Of a stretch of DNA of 64,000 nt, positions 1 through 11,658 are shown piece after piece. The DNA lies in contig JARFYF010000001.1 in the NCBI GenBank assembly GCA_030265395.1, forward strand, positions 49,288,334 through 49,352,333. Direction: 5' to 3'. The stretch comes from Rhina ancylostomus. Lineage: Eukaryota. The notes beneath the pieces were generated by a model. The model ran no database searches. It saw only the letters and a list, made by a program, of their open reading frames with translations, and was not told the DNA's origin. The position numbers were made by a program, and so were the translations under genes. The first letter of the stretch is position 1; each line of letters starts with the position of its first letter.

Positions 1-501
1 TGATTTTTGCTTCCGAAACCTTAAATATGCTTCCTTCTTCCTCTTGAATAAACCTTCCACCTCTCTTGTTATCCATGGTTCCTTCACCCTACCATCCGTT
101 CCTGGTCTCAGAGGAACAAACTTATCTGGAACCCCATGTAAGTGGTCCCGAAGCAACCTCCACATTTCTGCAGTGCATTTACCAGAGAACATCTGTTCCC
201 AGTTTATGCTCCCAAGTTCTTGCCTAATATCATCGTAATTTGCCCTCCCCCAATTAAATACTTTCCCATAATGTCTGCTCCTATCTTTGTCCATGGCCAT
301 GCTAAAGGTCAGGGAGTTGTGGTCACTATCTCCAAAATGCTCGCCAACCAAGAGGTCTTTCGCCTTACCAGGTTCATTGCCTAATACCAGATCCAGCATG
401 GCCTCGACTCACATCGGCCTGTCTACATACTGTGTCAGGAATCCTTCTTGTACACACCTAACAAATTATGCCCCATCCAAACCTTTTGTACTAAGGAGGT
501 G
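1..501 (-). mobile_element. CR1-clade LINE ORF2 fragment (end of APE endonuclease plus linker), degenerate
   Basis: Manual minus-strand translation gives ...FVRCVQEGFLTQYVDRP..MLDLVLGNEPG..VGEHFGDSDHNSLTF..FNWGRANYDDIRQEL..EPWITREVEGL, typical CR1 ORF2 motifs, with stop codons. Confidence 0.85.
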
Positions 502-2417
502 CTGTTTTAAATTAGTTTTAAATCAATGTTTTAAATTAGATAATTTAATTACTCAAGTGAAAAAAAAATTAGGAAGTATGCAAGTCCACATCCATCAAGG
601 TAAAGTGGAGCAGCATAAGGACAAACAGAAATCAACTGCAAATACTGGAGAACATGCTACAGTCAGGTCCAACCTTAAATAACAGCTCCTTTTTTTTAAA
701 TAGTAGATTTTAGCAGCTCTAGCTCTGAACCTTTCCACTCCAAGAATACTTTACTGCAGAACTAGTCAGCTTGATAATATCCAAAATGACACTATTTACA
801 AACATTACCATTTTTACCATACTTTCTCCGTAACTGAAACCTATTTTTCAGAACAGACACCATTCAATTGCCCTTCTGGAAGTTTTTATATGACTTTCTG
901 TAAAAGGTCCCTTGTTGACACTTTGCTGGAATTACTGCCAGTAGCGTTTTCAAGTAAATAAAAATTTTAATAGCTGCTAACTTAGCAGTTTAAAATAAAA
1001 TGACATTATGCAGGTTTTGGCCTCTCAGCATTGGGTTAGTGGAACAAAGATGGTAAAGAAAGCTTTAGTCAGAACCCAGCAATAGACCAGCATAAGGAGC
1101 TTTACTTTCTCACAGTCTTAATTGCTTCAACTCCTCTAATGAAGACACAATTTTTTTTTACTTTACCCATGGGTGGGTATGAACAGTTAATTTTTTAAGG
1201 TTAGGTTATGGCTGAATTTTGACAAGTGCAAGCCAATGTAGATTTGCAGCAGAAAATGTCTGGAATCTGCTTAATGATAAAGTCTGTGTGGTTATAATAC
1301 TACACTTAGAGTAATTACTTACCTTACTTTTCTCAATCCTGAACATAATAGATCAGAAATTAACCCGTCAGAGATCACAAATGAAAATGTTTGGAAGGGG
1401 TGATCAATTAAAGTAAAAAAATTCACAAATAACCAGCACTGATGTAATTTATTAAGGAATCTGTGACATATCCTACCTTTACTGACTTATAAAATTAGTT
1501 TTTATATTCACAAATAGTTTTCATTTAGTACACATTTATCACCTACACCTTAATTCACATTTATTAACAGAACTCCAGTTCGCTTATTGCAAAAGAATTA
1601 ATTGTGAACTTAGTTATTAGACCAAATAGTACTGTACCAGCCACCACCACCAGCCACCCCACTCCCTCTCCCGCCCCCAACCCACACCTGTGCTTCAAAC
1701 TAACTGGCACAAATGCCTCAGCAGAATATCCGGGGACCTTAGGATTCTGATATCTTCCAGCAAGTTGTGCTGACCCCTCAGCAGCCTCAGGCAATATAAT
1801 GCAGAAACCCATCCCCTACCCTTTGACAGGAGGCAAAACTAAACGCGGAGATTCTTCTGTCAGACCTGGCAAGGAATTTAACCATTTCAAATATTTTTAC
1901 CAAACCATCTAAAAAGTACTAAAATTGATGTAAATTGTTTGAAAAATGGCTTAATGATTAAAAAAATTAAACAAATGAAATTGGCCCAAAATGAATTGGA
2001 TTTGGCCTGCCTCCTGGAATTTGTCCCGGTGCATCCCACCCACCAGCATTTATCTGGGCTGATCCTGAGGGCCAGACCAGCTGACCTGCCATACCCAGGA
2101 GACATCTCGTGAAGCAGAGCAAGGCTTCAACAGTGACCAGGCCTCAGGTGGGGTATTGCTGAGGTCCTGGCCCCAGGACAGACTGCAAGCTTTTGACAGG
2201 AGACAAGATTGAGGACAAAACTTTGCCTCCTGTCAAAGCTGGTAGATTACTTTAAGTTGTTGATTGTCTCTGATTTTCAGAGACACTATTGAGATATCTA
2301 CAAAACATTTTAAAAAATCATTAAAAATTATGCAATACACTTAAATAAAACACATTACTGCACTAGGAAATGACTACAACATTTAAATAAAGTTTTTAAA
2401 AAAAGATCTTGGCGTCA

Positions 2418-2758
2418 TAAAAAAACGCAGCACAGAAACAGGCTCACCAAGTCCATGCCATTCATCAAGCACCTATTTAAACTCATCCTACCCTATCCCA
2501 TTTTATTCTCCCCACATTGCCATCAACTAGTGCCCCTCCTCCCGATTCTACCCCTCACCTATGTAACTAGAGGCGGTTAGCTGTGGCCAATTAACCTACC
2601 AACCCACACATTTTTGGTATGTGGCAGGGAACTGGAACATCCAGAGTAAATGGGGAGAGCATGCAAACACCACACAGATAGCACCTGAGGTCAGGAGTGA
2701 ACCCAGGTTGTTAAGAGCTGTGAGACAGCAGCTCTACCAGTTGCACTGCAGTGCCATC
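2418..2758 (-). mobile_element. V-SINE (HE1-like tRNA-derived SINE), diverged
   Basis: Reverse complement shows a tRNA-like head, a V-domain-like core (gtttgcatgctctcccc...ccagttccctgccacatacc) and a CR1-like tail. It resembles the copy at 41578. Confidence 0.75.
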
Positions 2759-2793
2759 CAAATTCTTATCCTTTGCCTTCTATTCCCCAGGTC

Positions 2794-3500
2794 ACATAAG
2801 AACATAGGAACGTAAGAAATAGGAACAGGAGTAGGCCATTTGGCCTGTTGAGCCTGCTCTGCCATTCAATAAGATTGTGGCTGATATGGCTGTGGACTTA
2901 CCTCCACCTACCTGCCTTTTTCCCATAACCCTTAATTCCCCTACTATGCAAAGATTTATCTAACTGTGTTTTTGTTACGGACTAGGTTACTATTAGCGAG
3001 TGTCCCTTTAAGATAGTGTGTGTGTGTGCGCATGTGTGTGGCGTGCTTACATCAACAGGATATAAATAACGTCATGACGTTGTTGTTGAAACAGCCAGTC
3101 GGAGTCAGTCTGAAGGAGAGAGAGACACAAGAATGAGAGAGAGAGAGAGACACCAGCCTGCTTGTTTTCTCTATTGATGGATGAGAAACAATAACTGTGA
3201 CTGTCACTGCANNNNNNNNNNNNNNNNNNNNNNNNNNNNNNNNNNNNNNNNNNNNNNNNNNNNNNNNNNNNNNNNNNNNNNNNNNNNNNNNNNNNNNNNN
3301 NNNNNNNNNNNNNNNNNNNNNNNNNNNNNNNNNNNNNNNNNNNNNNNNNNNNNNNNNNNNNNNNNNNNNNNNNNNNNNNNNNNNNNNNNNNNNNNNNNNN
3401 NNNNNNNNNNNNNTGCTCTTAAATTCAATCCCTCTAGCAACGAAGGCCAACATTCCATTTGCCTTCTTGATAACCTGTTGCACCTGCAAAGCAACCTTTT
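2794..3500 (-). mobile_element. CR1 LINE 3' end interrupted by an LTR insertion and an N-gap
   Basis: Tail repeats (cataagaacataggaac) at 2794-2825; 3414-3500 encodes QVQQVIKKANGMLAFVARGIEFKS, the CR1 ORF2 C-terminal region. Confidence 0.8.
2973..3211 (+). mobile_element. LTR family copy 1 (5' part; rest lost in gap)
   Basis: Starts TGTTACGGACTAGGTTAC and is clearly homologous to 23926-23755 (minus) and 46886-47759. Confidence 0.8.
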
Positions 3501-4139
3501 GCAATTCAAGAACTCCCCTCTAAACAACAAATAGTCTGGGTGGTGTTGGACCAGTGAGGCAGAAGCCCCAGCATAATGTTTGGAATCCCAGCACATTTAG
3601 GCTCCACCTTGATTCTCCAACAATGGACCAGAGTGGCAGACTGCAGGTATCTATCACTCAGCATAACATAACAGCGGTCCAGGACTCACTTCTCTGCAAG
3701 CAGCTGAACGCCCGCAGTTCCCTCAGGGCTAGCAGCCACAGTCAACGTGATTCAGTTTGTGATTTTTCAAATGGAGAATAATTTTTATTTTTACTTCTAA
3801 TTTAAATAGTTTCTTAACAGTAACGTCAAAATTTTGAAGTGTGAGGAAGTTTTATTGGACTTGAGTTTAACAATAGTTAATCATAACAAACCAAGAGGCT
3901 GATGAGATAGAACCTGAGCCACAATCTAAAGGGAAATATACATTCAATCAAATGGCGTGGTCCAAACCTAAACTTAAATTCCATGCTTTCAATTTGAATG
4001 AAGAAACAAATTAACTTCAACAGAATTCTTCCTGCTTTGGAATGGATCAATGACATTAATCAGGTTGGCCGTAGATTGATCGAAACCTGTTCCGGGCCAG
4101 AGTTTATTTGAGTTAGATTACTTCGTTTAATTCATGGGA

Positions 4140-4685
4140 ACCCAGGAGATAGGTGACAGATGAACTTCAACGTGGAGCAATGGAAGTTGTTTTACACGGG
4201 GACACACAATTCAGGAATGCCTTGTGCCCATTGCCCAAGGACATGGATGGAAAATAAGGAAAGCGATTCGAATTCCTTAGCGAGAATAAACCGATGCCAC
4301 AGCACAATGTTTGGAACAGCTCGGCAAAGCAAATCGGGTCTTGATTACTTGCATAGTTCTGGCTGCTGCAGTAAAACTAGTTTATTACAACAATTACGCG
4401 GATAAAACGTATTGAAACCAGAATGACAGGGGGATTATATTAGGAAGAATGTTTACATAACTTGCACTGGATTAGAGATAAGACCGCTGGTTGTAGCGTT
4501 CCAAGGAAATCGACCATAGCAAGCTGCTTCACTTTGAACAGACCACTAAAAGCGGCTTGCACATGAGGAAGATATATCCCGAACTAGTCAGAGAACCATG
4601 TCCCAAGGTTGATAATGGAAGCAAAGTGCGTCGATGTATTTAAATGCAAATTGCATACATTGCTTTCAGAAAATAATATTTTGAC
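4140..4685 (+). mobile_element. Old CR1 LINE 3' remnant
   Basis: QMNFNVEQWKLFYTG resembles CR1 WQMxFNVDKCKVLHxG; MEAKCVDVFKCKL resembles the CR1 terminal VEAxxxxxFKxxLD. Confidence 0.6.
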
Positions 4686-4691
4686 AAACAC

Positions 4692-5130
4692 CTCGTGGGC
4701 CTGGCTTTTGCTGAGTTGTGCCGGTCGTTGGGCAGCCACTTCCCCGCAGAATCCCCGGGTGGCTGGGGCTAACGCACAGGCGCTGGCTGGGCTCCCACTG
4801 CAGGAGAAGAAAGGGAGAGGGAAGAAAGTTAGTCTGTGTGTTTGATTTTATGCTTTTCATTGCCTAGACTTTTAAAATATGATTTAGGTCATTTTATTTT
4901 ACATTTTAATAACTTTTCCTGTTTATTTCTGAATCATTGAAATAAAACCCTCGGCAGCTTCAACAGGCGGCCAAGGTCGGAGCTCGGCTTTGCGGCCGTT
5001 TCTGAGGTTGCAGGGGGAGCGTTTTCTGATTGGCCCGCGGCACCCGGTGACACAGATCACTGGCTGCTCGGCCCCATGACGGGCTCAGCCGGTGGGAGCG
5101 GCCAAGCGCAACCGGAACTGGTGAGTTCAG
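4692..5130. promoter_or_regulatory. CpG-rich promoter-like island with NF-Y box, a plus-strand first-exon donor and a minus-strand exon
   Basis: Local GC/CpG enrichment. CTGATTGG (inverted CCAAT) at 5026-5033, CCGGAA at 5112-5117, donor CTG|GTGAGT at 5120/5121. Strong minus-strand acceptor (CTAAC, long pyrimidine tract, CAG) at 4798-4835. Confidence 0.6.
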
Positions 5131-6379
5131 AACTAGGGGGGAGCACAAGGTGTGAATGTGGGTAGCGGGCAGGACCCAGCAAAACCCAGCTTAATGGTAA
5201 TTGGGGTCATGGGATGTGTGGAATGTTTGTAAGGGACTTTGGATGTTTGCTTCCTAAAGCTTTTCATTCCTGAGGTCTTCCTTGCCCCTGTTTGGAGTTG
5301 TTGCAGCAGAATGTCTTAAACAGTGACTCCACTGTGGCATTGCAAGACTACCAGGATGGTGTAGGGTGCAGTAGATGGACCTAGATTTTTATGAGGCTTG
5401 AAATTTTGTATCTTTCTAATTTTTTGTCAAAAGTATGCATAAGGGTGCACTAATGGCATAAATGTAGACACTCCTGCCTCACTATCCTGCAGATGTACAT
5501 TCCCCATTTAAACAAAGAATGCGCAATTGGATGGTGATTCTTCATGGATTATTCCTGTATGTCTCCTAACATTAGCCTTAACACTCAATCCCTGATGTAC
5601 ACAGTCTCAGATATTTTCCAGAATTCAGACACTTTACAGAAGATAATGATTCAGGCTGAGAATCTGCTGAAGTGTTTAAAAAGCTATCCCAGGCCTTTGT
5701 ACATTTGCTGCAATTGCAGTTTGGTTTCTAATTAGTGTTGGCAAAATAATAGAAGCATAAAGGGGAAATATTTAAGAATTTCTATTCCTTTCAAAAAAGG
5801 ATTAGAATCCTTTTCATGATTCAATTACTATCCTAAATTTTACAACCCACAAACCAAGTATGACTATTACATATTCACCTGAAATATTTCTGGTTGTACA
5901 GTATTCTCAGTTTCTCCAATTATTTTCTAAGTTCTGGTTTTGCCCTATGTATGTAATGTTGGGAAACTGTTGTTTTTATTTCCTCAGTTTTTTAATCAAT
6001 GAAAGATGTTTAAAATATTCCAATGAAATCCAGCAACATTTTAAATGTAATCTTTATTTTCTTGAAAAATGTTAGTACTTTCTTGTACAATGCATCAGAA
6101 AGTTTTTTTTGAGAGAGACTCTTCATATCCAAAGCATTATAAAAAGGCTGGCATTATTATTATTGGTTTGCTGAGAATTAGTTTGGTTACTAATATTTAA
6201 AATTTCACAATGACATTTTGTTGGTAAATAGGTTTGGGGAAGATGATTTATATTCTGAAAATTACCTTATGGATATTGATCAACTACGTGGCATCTATAT
6301 AAAATTGTTGCCATTTGGGGTCTATCTTGGAAAAAGTGAGCATGATATCAAGAGGTTTAGCATACTCATGGAAAAGTAT

Positions 6380-7262
6380 GTGGACCACACCAACTTTTTC
6401 TAAATGGACAATAGGCAGAGAGAATTTCAATGGGATGAGAATGGATCTGGTTTGTGTAAAATGGGATCAAAACTTGATAGGCACAAGTGTAATTGAATGA
6501 GGGATGACCTTTCAGGTGGAGATGTTTCTATTGCAGTCTAGGTGCATTCTTGTGAAGGAAAGGAGTTAGGAAATTAAAGCCACACTTCCCTGAATAACTT
6601 TAAAATAAAAGTAAAATAGAGCAGGAAAAAACAGCAAATGGCAAATATCAGATAGTTAACACAACTGGGGACCAGGTTGATCACAGAAAATTCAGAGAGC
6701 CCATTAAGAAAAGCAAAGAGAGAATGAGAAAAGAATAGCAACAAATATAAATAGGAATCCAAGACTATTTGATGGGCATGTGAATAATGAAAAAAGGTTT
6801 GTGGGGCAACCAGTGGCAAAAAAGGAAAATTAATCCTGGAGTAATGATGTACCTTCATAAGGCACAGGTTTGTCCACAACTGTAGTATTGTTCTAGTGCT
6901 GAGTACTGCACTTTTGGAAAGATGTAAAGGCTTTAGACAAGGTGCAGAAGAGATTTGCCTGGATGATTCTGGGAATGAGAGTGGAAAAGCTGAGGTTGCT
7001 CACCTTGGAACAGTTGAGATTTTGAGGGGATCTGAAAGGATCATGTAAAATTATGAAGTGTGTAGGAAGAGGAGATGGTGAACAGTTGGGGTTCAGAATT
7101 CACTGCTAGTGCTGCTAATGACTTATTCAACAGAGGGCTGGATAGGTTTCTGAAAAGAAACAATTTACAAGGGCAAAAAGAAAAGCTGTGGGAGTGGGGC
7201 TAGCTGGCTTGCTTCTACATTGGAGTTGATGGGCTGAATGGCTTCCTTTCATGCTGTAATCA
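6380..7262 (+). mobile_element. Degenerate CR1 LINE fragments
   Basis: Fragments resembling NWxKANFxGMRxDL, YCxxFWxP, KVQKRFAWMILGM, and the CR1 tail gggctgaatggcttcctttcatgctgta. Confidence 0.7.
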
Positions 7263-7859
7263 TTCACTACCAGTTACCAGGTATAGCGCTAGGATGCTAG
7301 AAAATTGAAAGGATGAAGTTGGTTCTCTCATGAATCTAGACTGAGATAAACTCGTGTCTAAATTTGTTACAAGGTGATTCTATAGAAATTATCCAATGAC
7401 ATTGATATGTTTCAGTGCACTGTTGTACTTGTCATAGGAATGGTGCAGATATTGAATTCTTGGCTCTGGTACAATTTTACTCGCCTTGTTTAGATAGACA
7501 TCATGTGCTAATGAAAAGACTGGTGCTTCTCAGAAAGAGCCTCGCTTATCTTTCAGTAGCCGAATGACAAGGAGCATTGTCAAAGATTATTGCCTCCCCT
7601 TTCCCGACCCAGAGAATGGTGTGTGACAAAAGAGAAATAAAGGAGGCAAAGCAAATAGATGAAAATTAACACAATTGAGTTCCGTGGTATACTCATTGGT
7701 AAAATATGTATCATTACAGAAGGCAATAGGGAGTTGGTCTGCTGAACAAAAGGTTCAATGTTTTAGGCAGCCTGTATGTTTAATTTGTTCTACTCATTGG
7801 ATGGCTTTAAACAGTTCTTAACCAGGCTGATAGATGGAACACCATTGGAAAGTTATGGG

Positions 7860-8190
7860 GGTATAATGGTCGTGTATTGGCCACTAATGATCATGACTAT
7901 TAGTGACTTGATTTTTGACCAAGAGATAGGAGTTTGAACCTTACCAGAACAGTTGGCAAAATTAAATTTGAGTAATTAAATAAAATCTGAAATTAAAAGT
8001 TGTTGTGAATGGTGGTGGCCTTGAAGCTTACATTTTCATGAAAACCCATCTGGTTCACCAATGTTCCTTCCGTTCTTTCAAGGAAGAAAATCTGTCATTC
8101 TGACCTGGTCCAAATGAGGTCAAATTTTTTCAGAGATGGGTAAAAAAAATTCTGGCCTTGACAGCAATATCTGCACCCCATGAATAAGTA
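7860..8190 (+). mobile_element. tRNA-derived SINE remnant (related copies at about 37510-37800 and 39890-40100)
   Basis: Shared blocks aaatctgga/gaattaaaag, catctggttcac and aaggaagaaaatct across the three positions. Confidence 0.55.
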
Positions 8191-8265
8191 AAAAAAACGT
8201 AGTGTCTGGTTGCATGGGAGGATCTGTTGATTGATATAGCAGTGGTACATCCCACATGTTNNNNN

Positions 8266-8331
8266 CTTGCCCATTGCCAGCTGGTCAGAGTTGATTTATA
8301 AATCAACTCTGATCGGCTGGCAACGGGTAAG
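8266..8331. repeat. Spacerless inverted repeat (33-bp arms)
   Basis: cttgcccattgccagctggtcagagttgattta|taaatcaactctgatcggctggcaacgggtaag: 29 of 33 positions are Watson-Crick pairs. Confidence 0.95.
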
Positions 8332-9314
8332 ACACAAACCTTGATTTGTGATTAACAGGTTTAATAAGGAAAAACAGTCTTGGAAGTATTTCATTTTGGC
8401 AGCATGTGATCATCTGAAAATAGACTTTAATCTTTTAATTAACCTTGCTGATAATCAGTTTTGATAATGAGCTTTAAGAGTGTTTGACTTCTAACCTAGG
8501 GAGCTAAAGTTCTTAAGAGTTTGGAAACAATCACAATTCATTGATAGTATGGCAATGTAATTGTTTTCTTGGCAGGAGCTAAATCCCTCCCTTTCCTATC
8601 CTGCTGGTCTTTTGAGTGGAGATCAATAGGATTGGCAGTGATGGGGGAGGAGCAGTTAGAACTAACTTGACCACTGTTAATTCTCTTCAGTAATCTTATG
8701 CTTCCTCATATATCTTAACAAATTCATAAGGTCCAATGCTCTGCATTCTTTCACAATATGAACTTGTTTTTATTGCTTAATGATAAAAAAAGACTAAATT
8801 TAGTTGCTAGGGAATTTATTCCATTTTCATGATGTGAAAAGGATTTTGTTCTTGCGTGTTATAGAAAATTAGATGATATTTGTTATCAATATTATGTACA
8901 CAATACAATATAAAAATTAATGGATGATATGACATGCCCATCCAAATGACAAATACTTTGAGAAATTAAGCTCTGATATCTCATAAGCAAAAAGTAATAA
9001 ATCAAGCACAAACTTATTCTCCTTTTCAGTTTTGTTTGTGACATATGTTCTTGAGATTCCTATTGTAATATTTTTAATAAGTATCAACAGGAATTGAGCA
9101 ACTTAAGTTCTAAAAGACTGTGAAAATAAAGCAAAAATGCATGGCATTGTAAATGAGTTGTGCTATTGTATTGATGCAGTTGAGTAGGAATCTGTTGACT
9201 CTGAAGTATTTTGCTCTAATTAGCACCATTAGAAATGCACATTTTCTACTGTCCTGGTGCATTGAACAGTAAAATCACCAAAGTGCAAAGTTAAATTATT
9301 TTTTTCTACTAATT

Positions 9315-9510
9315 TTCCCCTGGGTATCCCGGTTTCCTCCCACAGCCAAAATACNNNNNNNNNNNNNNNNNNNNNNNNNNNNNNNNNNNNNNNNNNNNNN
9401 NNNNNNNNNNNNNNNNNNNNNNNNNNNNNNNNNNNNNNNGAGTAGTGAGAGGATGTGAATGGTCTGAGAGCCAGCACAGATTCGATGGGCTGAATACCTC
9501 CTGTGTCAGA
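9315..9510 (+). mobile_element. V-SINE fragment spanning an N-gap
   Basis: Core ccggtttcctcccacagccaaaa and tail gcacagattcgatgggctgaa. Confidence 0.65.
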
Positions 9511-10812
9511 TGGAGATATGAAAAATTTTAATTTGCAACTTGCCATGAGCTTTTTTTTTATATAATTTTACACAGGGGAAAACATTTTTCTGTTTATTGA
9601 AAGATCCACTATCAGTGAAATTAAAAATATTTGGATATAGCAAGGTTTTGGCTGTTTTATAGTGAAGGACGTGTTATTTTGACATGGGTTTATCCAGGTT
9701 ACCAAGACTGTAGTTTAAGGCAAAAAACACTTTCCTCAAAACAATTTATGGTTTTAAAACCAATCTATTTATTTGAATCTAAATCATTTAAAGAACTAGT
9801 TTGTTAAATTAACAATCTGTCAGCTTCTTACAATACAGTACTTGCACTGGCAGGATATCTGATCAGATTTTATGCTATTTCGATGAAATTTAACCTTGCT
9901 GCTCTAAATACATACAGCAACCTAAACCTATATTCTGATTATTGCCAATGATTACATTTGTTTACCCTAGTAATTTGACTTAAAATTAACAGATGTTCAA
10001 GAGAATTTAGTTGTCGAGGATAAATAGATGCTTGAATTTATATTTAATCAAAGCAGCCTGTAACTCAGTGAGTTGTTTATTTGCTCTGCCCCCAAATGCT
10101 TTTTGGGTTCAAGTTCTTGCACTGTCACCAGGGTCCAGTTGGAGAGTTTTGGCTGTTTCAGCTGATTTACTGAACTGATAGTTTTACAGAATTGGAATGT
10201 TCTATTGGAAAAATAAACGATTAGTTTCTCTTATTAAATTGTAACTTCTCCCAAGAAGTAACAAAGCAGCAAAAGTTTATCTTGGAGTTTTTCATGTATA
10301 CTTTGCCTTGGCAATTCATGTAGGATATGTATTGAGAAAAGAGATGAAAATGAATAATCTGAAATAGAATTAAAAAAACAAACCAACACAATTTATTGAT
10401 TTAAGCCATGATTATTTTGACACTTCAGAATGGAAAACTGCAATCAACAAGGTTCTGAATTAATTCTATAGTATTACCTGTCTTGTTTTGAATATGTTGA
10501 AATCTGAAACTAAAATTAAATGCTATCGAGTCATAGAGTAATATAGCATGGAAACAGGCCCTTTGGCCCAACTCAACGATGGTGCCAACCAAGTTAGTCC
10601 CATTTGACCCATATCCCCCTGGACCCCTCCTTTGTATTTTAAATGTTTTTTATTAAATATTATATCTTTTGTAAATCTCTCACCCTTGCATTGCCCCTAT
10701 CTGAATGCTAAATGTGAAGCATCTGAATCATTGACAAACCATTAGTGTGCTTATATATCTGTAGCACTGTAAATAGCCATCACAATAGTCAAATGATTTT
10801 CAAAGAAATGTA

Positions 10813-11514
10813 TTTAATAGTTCATAAAACATTAAAATTTTAAAACTAATTTGATGCAAGCATTGTTCCTTTCCATCACACAATCATCTTGCAGTTTGTA
10901 CATTTTCTCCATTACTAATTGTAGATATAATTGGATAAGGCTGATTAAACAAGCGACCAAATAATATTTGTATGTTATATCCAGTGTTTGTTTTGCAAGT
11001 GCTGCTAGTCGTCCTATGCTTCTTAGCTCACAATATTGACCTAACTGAGCCAATGGTGTGGCGTCTTTATTCTCATCAGATCCGACATGCAACAGTCTGT
11101 TTTTGGGCTGTACAATCCTGGCCTTGAGACATCAACTCTACCTGAACATTCCGATCCTTACACACTGCAGACCCTTGTTCAGACATTCTTTCACTGAATA
11201 TGTGACCACAGTCTCATGGTTGCGTAACCTAGAAACGCAATAAATGTGTACCATCGGATTAAAAGCAGCTCATTGACTCCACTCCCCAACACACGCTGGG
11301 ACAGTCTTCGCAAATGAGTACAGTGCAGGAATTCGATGCTGCTTTGTTTCTTATCACACTAACATTCGTGCAAAAAGGACAAAAGACAAAGTTATAGAAT
11401 AGCTAAAATTTCATAGTCGTTATTAGGACATACGTGCAATAGTGCAATTTTCTTGTGCCACTCCAAGAATGCAGACATTTGTATACTGTCCAAAGGACTT
11501 CTCGTGCAAAATGT
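10813..11514 (-). other. FRZB: FRZB 3' UTR with candidate poly(A) signals
   Basis: Follows the TAA stop. Minus-strand AATAAA at 11071-11066 and ATTAAA at 10818-10813; the true 3' end cannot be determined. Confidence 0.55.
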
Positions 11515-11658
11515 TTACTGACGTGTTTGCTTAGCATTCCTCCTTTTCTTCCTCTGTTTGGATGCGACTGCTGTGTCTCTGGGTTGTATGCGCTTCTCTC
11601 CATTTTGTTGGCCGTTCCTCCCCCTTCTCCTGTCCTGGCGGAGCTTCTGATCCCAGTT
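11515..11658 (-). CDS. FRZB: FRZB last coding exon (mammalian exon 6 equivalent)
   Basis: CAG acceptor at 11661-11659, phase 0. NWDQKLRQ... aligns with FRZB RWDMKLRH; TAA stop at 11517-11515. Confidence 0.9.
   Translation of the reverse strand, partial: NWDQKLRQDRRRGRNGQQNGEKRIQPRDTAVASKQRKKRRNAKQTRQ

Noticed and set aside
3052-3596. Long ORFs spanning N-runs (also 9229, 23575, 46821, 56868, 58118)
   Set aside because: Artefacts of translating through assembly gaps.
8820-10190. Short peptides loosely resembling DNAJC10 (HDVKRIL, IFNQSS, VQLESFGC)
   Set aside because: Too short, not consistently ordered and lacking matching splice structure; they cannot support a pseudogene call without a search.
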